A DNA stretch of 11,895 bases from Verrucomicrobiota bacterium. GTDB lineage: Bacteria; Verrucomicrobiota; Verrucomicrobiia; Limisphaerales; CANJSG01. Positions 6,837-11,895 of this stretch are shown piece after piece. The notes under the pieces are model-generated. The model made no database searches. It was given only the letters and a program-made list of their open reading frames with translations, and was not told the origin of the DNA. The stretch spans positions 1 through 11,895 of the forward strand of contig JBBQXJ010000110.1 of assembly GCA_038209745.1 (NCBI GenBank), given 5' to 3'. How positions within the stretch are numbered: the first letter of the stretch is position 1; the number at the start of each line of letters is the position of its first letter. Position numbers and translations under genes: made by a program.

Positions 6837-6974
6837 GGTTGCGGAAAACGGTGGATGGATCCGGGGCGGACCGGGGCGATTCGAAGCGTTGCCATTCCGA
6901 CTGTCAACCGAGGGAGGCAACGTCGGGGCTGGCCGGTGTTGTCCCGGGCACCGGTTGTTCCCCGGGGTGGATGT

Positions 6975-9677
6975 CTATTCGTCATTTCCCGGAGTGGCCG
7001 AGGCGGAGTCGGCGCGGGGTTGGAAGAGCTTCGCAACGAGTCCGGTCCAGCCGGTCTGATGGCTGGCCCCGATGCCGCGGCCGGTTTCGCCGTGGAAATA
7101 TTCGTGGAAGAGGAGGCAATCCTGGAAATGGGGATCGCCGGAGAGCTTCGGATGCGAGGCCAATGCGGGGCGTTTTCCGTCCGGTCCCTTCAAGAAGATC
7201 CGGCCCAGTCTTCGGGCCAGCTCGGCCGCAACTTCCGCGAGGGTGATGAACTTCCCGCTGCCGGTCGGGCACTCCACCTTGAAGTCGTCCCCGTAGTAGT
7301 AGTGGAACCGTTGGAGGGACTCGATCAGGAGGTAGTTTACGGGCATCCAGACGGGCCCGCGCCAGTTGGAGTTGCCGCCGAACTGTCTCGAGCGCGACTC
7401 GGCCGGCCAATACGGAACCTCGCGAACGGTGCCGTCCACCTCGAAGCGATACGGCGAATGCTCGTGGAACTTGGAGAGCGCGCGGATGCCGTGGTCCGAG
7501 AGGAACTCGGTCTCGTCGAGCATCCGCCGGAGGAGGCATTTCATCCGGTGCCCGCGCAACAGCGAGAGGAGACGGCGCTCGCCCGTGCCGGGTTCGTCCC
7601 AGCGTGAAACCAGGCGCGCGAGATCGGGCCGGTTGTTCAGGAACCAGGTCAGGCGGCTCTTGAATCCCGGAAGCGAATCCAGGTGCTCGGTGTCGAGGAC
7701 CTCGACGGCGAAAAGCGGGATCAAACCGACGAGCGAGCGGACTTTTAGCGGCACGGTCCGGCCATCGGGCAGATGGACCTGGTCGTAGTAGAACTCGTCC
7801 TCTTCATCCCACATGCCGGGCGCGTTTTCGTCGACGCCGTTGATCGCGGCGGCGATGTGGAGGAAGTGCTCGAAGAACTTGGTCGCGATGTCCTCGTAGA
7901 CCGGATTGTCGCGGGCAAGCTCCAGCGCGAGCCTCAACAGGTTCAGGCAATACATCGCCATCCAGCCCGTGCCGTCGGCCTGGTTCAAGTAGCCGCCCGT
8001 GGGCAGCGGCGCCCCGCGGTCGAAGACGCCGATGTTGTCGAGCCCGAGGAATCCGCCCTGGAAGATGTTCTTCCCCTCCGCGTCCTTGCGGTTCACCCAC
8101 CAGGTGAAGTTCAGGAGCAGCTTGTGGAAGACCCGCTCCAGGAAAGCCAAGTCCCCCGCGTCCTCCGGATTCGCGACGCGGCGCTGCTTCCGGTCCATCT
8201 GGAAGACGCGCCAGGTGGCCCAGGCGTGGACCGGCGGATTGACGTCGCCGAAAGCCCACTCGTACGCGGGCAACTGGCCGTTCGGATGCATATACCATTC
8301 GCGGGTCAGAAGGACGAGCTGACCCTTGGCGAACTCCGGATCGACCATGGCCAAAGGAATGCAATGGAAGGCCAGATCCCAGGCCGCATACCATGGGTAT
8401 TCCCACTTGTCGGGCATGGAGAGGATGTCGGCGTTGTTGACGTGTTCCCAGTCGTGGTTGCGGCCGTGTTTGCGCTCGGGGGGCGGTGGTGGCTGCGTTG
8501 GATCGCCTTCGAGCCATTGCGGGACGTCGTAGTGGAAGTATTGCTTGGACCAGATCATGCCCGCCAATGCCTGACGTTGGACCAGCCTCGCATCCGGATC
8601 GTCGACGCCCTCGTGGATCCCGGCGTAGAACGCGTCCGCCTCCGCGATTCGCGTGGTGAAGAGCGCGTCGAATTTGGCGAAGGGTTCTTTCGCTCCGTCT
8701 TTCGACAAGCGGAGTCGGATCTGGGCGGAGCCGCCCGCCGGAACGTCCAGGACCGAATGGGCGGCGGACTTCGTCCCCGTGCGAGCGGGGTTGACAGCCT
8801 CTTTTCGACCGTGGACCAGATAGTCGTGGAAACCGTCCTTGAACGGTCCGGGCTTGTCCTGCCCTCCGAAGAGGCGGGGTGAATTGGTTTCGTTCTCGGT
8901 GAACAGCAGCTCGGTCGCCCCGTCGAGGGCCAGTTCATAGCGACCGAGATCCGGATGTTGGGCTTCGACGACGGAGTCCGATTTGGCCCGAAGGGCCGGC
9001 TTGGGACTGCCTTCTTTCCAAGACCAGGTGTTGCGGAACCAGAGCTGCGGCAGCAGATGGATTTGGGCGGCTTCCGGGCCGCGATTCCGAACCGTGACCC
9101 GCATGAGAATGTCGTTGGCCGAAGCCTTGGCATATTCCACTTCGACGTCGAAATAGCGGTCTTCATCGAAGATCCCAGTGTCGAGGATCTCGAACTCGGG
9201 CTGGTCGGGATCGACCTTGCGACGTTCGTTTTCCTCGACGAGCCGGACGTAGGGATATTCCTGGTGGGGATACTTGTAGAGCATCCTCAGATACGAGTGG
9301 GTCGGCGTCGCGTCGAGGTAGTAGTAGAGCTCCTTGACGTCCTCGCCGTGGTTCCCCTCGGAGTTGGTCAGCCCGAAGAGCCGTTCCTTGAGGATGGGAT
9401 CGTGGCCGTTCCACAGGGCGAGCGAGAGACACAGGCGCGAGTGCGTGTCGCTGATCCCGGCCAATCCGTCCTCACCCCAGCGATAGGCGCGGCTTCGGGC
9501 GTGCTCGTGGGGCAGGTATTCCCAGGCGGTGCCTCCCGCGCTGTAGTCTTCGCGCACGGTGCCCCACTGGCGCTCCGAGAGATAGGGCCCCCAGTGTCGC
9601 CACGACGGATCGTCCGGGGTGATGGAGGCGAGGCGTTGCCGTTCGGGATCGGGCTGGGAGTCTGATGTCGCGGACAT
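6975..9677 (-). CDS. GH63-like / MGH1-like glycoside hydrolase (glucosidase), about 900 aa
   Basis: Family motifs [65 protein letters not shown] and [22 protein letters not shown] 9677 is preferred over GTG 9710. No signal peptide. Confidence 0.93.
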   Translation of the reverse strand: MSATSDSQPDPERQRLASITPDDPSWRHWGPYLSERQWGTVREDYSAGGTAWEYLPHEHARSRAYRWGEDGLAGISDTHSRLCLSLALWNGHDPILKERLFGLTNSEGNHGEDVKELYYYLDATPTHSYLRMLYKYPHQEYPYVRLVEENERRKVDPDQPEFEILDTGIFDEDRYFDVEVEYAKASANDILMRVTVRNRGPEAAQIHLLPQLWFRNTWSWKEGSPKPALRAKSDSVVEAQHPDLGRYELALDGATELLFTENETNSPRLFGGQDKPGPFKDGFHDYLVHGRKEAVNPARTGTKSAAHSVLDVPAGGSAQIRLRLSKDGAKEPFAKFDALFTTRIAEADAFYAGIHEGVDDPDARLVQRQALAGMIWSKQYFHYDVPQWLEGDPTQPPPPPERKHGRNHDWEHVNNADILSMPDKWEYPWYAAWDLAFHCIPLAMVDPEFAKGQLVLLTREWYMHPNGQLPAYEWAFGDVNPPVHAWATWRVFQMDRKQRRVANPEDAGDLAFLERVFHKLLLNFTWWVNRKDAEGKNIFQGGFLGLDNIGVFDRGAPLPTGGYLNQADGTGWMAMYCLNLLRLALELARDNPVYEDIATKFFEHFLHIAAAINGVDENAPGMWDEEDEFYYDQVHLPDGRTVPLKVRSLVGLIPLFAVEVLDTEHLDSLPGFKSRLTWFLNNRPDLARLVSRWDEPGTGERRLLSLLRGHRMKCLLRRMLDETEFLSDHGIRALSKFHEHSPYRFEVDGTVREVPYWPAESRSRQFGGNSNWRGPVWMPVNYLLIESLQRFHYYYGDDFKVECPTGSGKFITLAEVAAELARRLGRIFLKGPDGKRPALASHPKLSGDPHFQDCLLFHEYFHGETGRGIGASHQTGWTGLVAKLFQPRADSASATPGNDE

Positions 9678-9738
9678 GGCGGGTCGTTGGTGTGTCGGGC
9701 GATGGTTCACGTTCAGGCGCGGAGGCGCTGCTTCCGGA

Positions 9739-10683
9739 TCAACCGCCCGTTTCGAACCCGGGATAGAGCGTCATGCCGCCGTCGACGAAGATGCTCGCTC
9801 CGTGGATGTAGTCCGAATCGTCGCTGGCCAGCCAGACGACCGTGCGGCCGATGTCGTCGGGTTCGCCGATGCGTTTGTAGGGGATCAGCTTCATCAGTTC
9901 GCGATACGCTTCGGGAGTGCTCCACGCCTCCATGTTGATCGGCGTGCGGACCGCGCCCGGGCAGACGGAGTTCACGCGGATGCGGTGCGGTGCGACCTCC
10001 TGGGCGATGCTTTTCATCATGAGCATGACGCCGCCCTTGCTGGCCGCGTAGTTCACGTGGCCGGCCCACGGGATGACCTCGTGGACGCTGCTCATGCAGA
10101 TGATCTTGCCGGCGGCGCAGGAAACTTCCCTCCGGATGCCGCGCCGTTTGAACTCGCGGACCGCCTCGCGGGCGCAGAGGAACTGGCCGGTGAGGTTCAC
10201 GTCGAGCACGAGCCGCCAATCGGCGAGCGACATCTGGTCGATCGGCGAGTCCCTCTGCAGACCGGCGTTGTTCACCAGGATGTCGATCGTGCCGAATTCC
10301 AGGATCATCTTCTGGAACATCCCCTGGACCTCGGCCTCGTCGGCGACGCTGGCCCGGTGGGCGAAGGCCTTCACACCGCACTCGATGGCTTGGCGAACGA
10401 CTTCGTCGGCCGCGTCCGGCCGGGTGACGTAGTTGACCACCACGTCGGCGCCGGCCCGGGCCAAGGCCAAAGCGACGGCCTGGCCGATGCCGGAGTTGGC
10501 CCCGGTGACGAGCGCCTTCTGGCCCTTGAGCACCTTGTTGATCCGCAGTTCGGGCATGACCGCCTCAGGAAGGCCCTCCTCGCGAAGGTGGGCGTTCATG
10601 AGCTCGTGGATTTCGGGCGGCAACGAGCCGGGTCCCGCAGCGGCGGCGGTGCTGGGTGGGGGAGGAACCGTTTCAGGACTCAT
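9739..10683 (-). CDS. SDR-family oxidoreductase, glucose 1-dehydrogenase-like
   Basis: Motifs TGANSGIG, NNAG, SSVHEVIPW, YAASK, PG and DGGMTLYP; the SSVHE.IPW and GGMTLYP motifs are typical of glucose 1-dehydrogenases. The start is uncertain: ATG 10683 chosen, with 10599 and 10743 as alternatives. Confidence 0.9.
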   Translation of the reverse strand: MSPETVPPPPSTAAAAGPGSLPPEIHELMNAHLREEGLPEAVMPELRINKVLKGQKALVTGANSGIGQAVALALARAGADVVVNYVTRPDAADEVVRQAIECGVKAFAHRASVADEAEVQGMFQKMILEFGTIDILVNNAGLQRDSPIDQMSLADWRLVLDVNLTGQFLCAREAVREFKRRGIRREVSCAAGKIICMSSVHEVIPWAGHVNYAASKGGVMLMMKSIAQEVAPHRIRVNSVCPGAVRTPINMEAWSTPEAYRELMKLIPYKRIGEPDDIGRTVVWLASDDSDYIHGASIFVDGGMTLYPGFETGG

Positions 10684-10885
10684 AGCAGACTTGTGGATTG
10701 GATCCGGATTCGCGGTGGGTCTCCACCGGCTTCTCTTCATCACTAGATCAGATTCCTGATGTCCGAAAGGGGCGATCTGCGAAAGGCGTCACCGGCAACG
10801 TTCCGCCGGCCGGCCGAGTCGCCCGACTGGGTACGGAGCTGTTGTCTGGATGGGCTCCTGTTCCGATCGCCGTGGTCCGGTGCGT

Positions 10886-11230
10886 CTAGTAGGACGCCTC
10901 CTTGACGCTCACCCTGACGCTCACCCCGTCGGCGGTCACCCAGCGTTTGTGTTTGGAAATGCCCAAGTCCAGAGGAACGGCTTCCGGTATCTTGGTCCAC
11001 GGCCCTTCCCCCAATCGAACGCGGTTGCTCTCAACGGTGATCGTGCCGAACTCGCTGGTGAAGACCGCCCGATTGGTTTGGTTGTCGACCGAGTGATTGC
11101 CTTCGATCTCGGCCGAGATCTCATGGCCCGCGGAATGGGTCGAGACATGGGCGGATCTGCGGCAGGCGGTCAGTGTGAGCAAGAACGCCACGGCGGAAAG
11201 AGCGTTGAGGAGCGACCGGGACAGTTTCAT
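10886..11230 (-). CDS. Putative lipoprotein of unknown function, 114 aa
   Basis: Basic N-terminus, hydrophobic core and lipobox LTA-C (MKLSRSLLNALSAVAFLLTLTAC), followed by a beta-strand-rich mature part. Confidence 0.8.
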   Translation of the reverse strand: MKLSRSLLNALSAVAFLLTLTACRRSAHVSTHSAGHEISAEIEGNHSVDNQTNRAVFTSEFGTITVESNRVRLGEGPWTKIPEAVPLDLGISKHKRWVTADGVSVRVSVKEASY

Positions 11231-11243
11231 GGGTGGTGCAGAT

Positions 11244-11354
11244 TCAGGATGCGGTGGTTGAGGAAATCGGCTTCGACGAGGGTTGCGCGCTCGATGTCAA
11301 AACGGTGGCGGACAGGGTCGCGAGCCGGATCAGGAAACGATGTGGATGATTCAT
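11244..11354 (-). CDS. Possible 36-aa small ORF or signal-peptide remnant
   Basis: Below the ORF-track cutoff. MNHPHRFLIRLATLSATVLTSSAQPSSKPISSTTAS* resembles a Sec signal (S-S-A|Q) and stops 13 bp before the lipoprotein ATG. Confidence 0.35.
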   Translation of the reverse strand: MNHPHRFLIRLATLSATVLTSSAQPSSKPISSTTAS

Positions 11355-11436
11355 GAGGGGTCTGTCGCCGATCGACGTCTCCCTGTTGAAACGGGAAGGG
11401 CGTGTTGGGTTTCAGACAGGTGCGAAACCGACGGAT

Positions 11437-11755
11437 CTATTCGCTCCGCAGCGCCACGATGGGATCCACGCGGGCCGCGCGTCGCGCGGGAAGCCAGCAG
11501 GCGATGAGGCTGGTCGCCACAAGGAGCGTGGCCACGGCCAGGACCACCATTGGATTGCTCGGCGGCAGCTCGGGCAGTGCGGCGGCCAAGAGACGGGTCA
11601 TCCCGAAAGCGCCGATCAGGCCGAGGGCGGTTCCCGCGAGCGATAGGCGCAGTCCTTTTCCGAGAACCAGCCACAGCACATCCCGGAGCTGCGCCCCGAG
11701 CGCCATGCGCACCCCGATCTCGCCCGTCCGTCGGACGACGAAGCCGGAGATCACG
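11437..11755 (-). pseudogene. MacB/FtsX-family ABC transporter permease, C-terminal fragment interrupted by ISL3
   Basis: VISGFVVRRTGEIGVRMALGA...WLPARRAARVDPIVALRSE* is the canonical FtsX-domain C-terminus. Homology stops exactly at the IRL (11756); the first 14 aa of ORF 11437..11796 are IS-derived. Confidence 0.9.
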
Positions 11756-11780
11756 GGTTCCTCGCTGATTGCAGTGGCTG
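11756..11780 (+). repeat. ISL3 left terminal inverted repeat (IRL), 25 bp
   Basis: GGTTCCTCGCTGATTGCAGTGGCTG, 21/25 identical to the reverse complement of 117-141. Confidence 0.9.
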
Positions 11781-11807
11781 AAGGAGGATATGGCATGGTG
11801 AGGTCCG

Positions 11808-11895
11808 ATGATACCTGAAAAGGCCTTTGAACGGTTGTTGGGACTCGACGAGAGCTGGGAGGTGGGCGGGGCCGAGTATGAGAGCACGCCGGTGG
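11808..11895 (+). CDS. ISL3-family transposase, N-terminal fragment
   Basis: Not in the ORF track. ATG 11808 preceded by GGTGAGG gives MIPEKAFERLLGLDESWEVGGAEYESTPV..., open to the window edge. F..LLGL...W.V matches ISL3 transposase N-termini. Confidence 0.82.
   Translation, partial: MIPEKAFERLLGLDESWEVGGAEYESTPV

Larger units (their letters stand above)
11756..11895 (+). mobile_element. ISL3-family insertion sequence, left end (partial, runs off window)
   Basis: IRL followed after 27 bp by a transposase-like start, with an abrupt break in the permease reading frame at the same position. Confidence 0.88.

Noticed and set aside
6933..6954. Hairpin CCGGTG-N10-CACCGG between the GH63 and FMN reductase genes
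   Set aside because: Short stem, large loop and no U-tract on the coding strand; not supportable as a terminator.
2087..10746. Long plus-strand ORFs (e.g. 2087..3295, 2782..3915, 3882..4946, 4769..6376, 6249..7607, 7773..8882, 9619..10746)
   Set aside because: Antisense shadows of well-supported minus-strand genes in GC-rich DNA, with no recognisable motifs.
10747..10786. Dyad ATCAG-N4-CTGAT and repeated CGAAAGG upstream of the SDR gene
   Set aside because: Too short to distinguish from chance, and no riboswitch or known operator consensus recognised.
10903..10926. 12-bp tandem repeat TGACGCTCACCC x2
   Set aside because: Lies inside the lipoprotein CDS (encodes VSVRVSVK); only two copies and frame-neutral.
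1..11895. CRISPR array, tRNA/rRNA or selenocysteine recoding
   Set aside because: No regularly spaced repeats, no RNA-gene signatures noticed, and no in-frame TGA at a Cys position in the redox genes.

Overview
GC-rich bacterial window whose gene content looks Verrucomicrobiota-like (inference). It is bracketed by two same-orientation copies of one ISL3-family insertion sequence. Positions 1-141 are the right end (transposase C-terminus plus IRR) and 11756-11895 are the left end (IRL plus transposase N-terminus); the 25-bp IRs match at 21/25. Each IS end cuts a host gene, a CBM48/AMPK-type glycogen-binding protein on the left and a MacB/FtsX-type ABC permease on the right, and each supplies an in-frame outward-reading start codon. 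The 11.6 kb between them is almost all on the minus strand. In transcription order it holds a small lipoprotein, a glucose 1-dehydrogenase-like SDR, a GH63/MGH1-like glycosidase and a tight four-gene redox cluster. That cluster is an NADPH-FMN reductase, a small membrane protein, an MsrQ-like ferric-reductase membrane domain fused to a Rieske [2Fe-2S] domain, and a membrane-anchored C-x12-H-x2-C-x3-C protein. After it come two small unknown proteins, a decayed AraC regulator and a 3'-truncated CheB-CheR fusion. The best candidate for an undescribed system is the MsrP-less trans-membrane electron-transfer cluster at 4023-6836. All family calls come from motif recognition; no database search was run.
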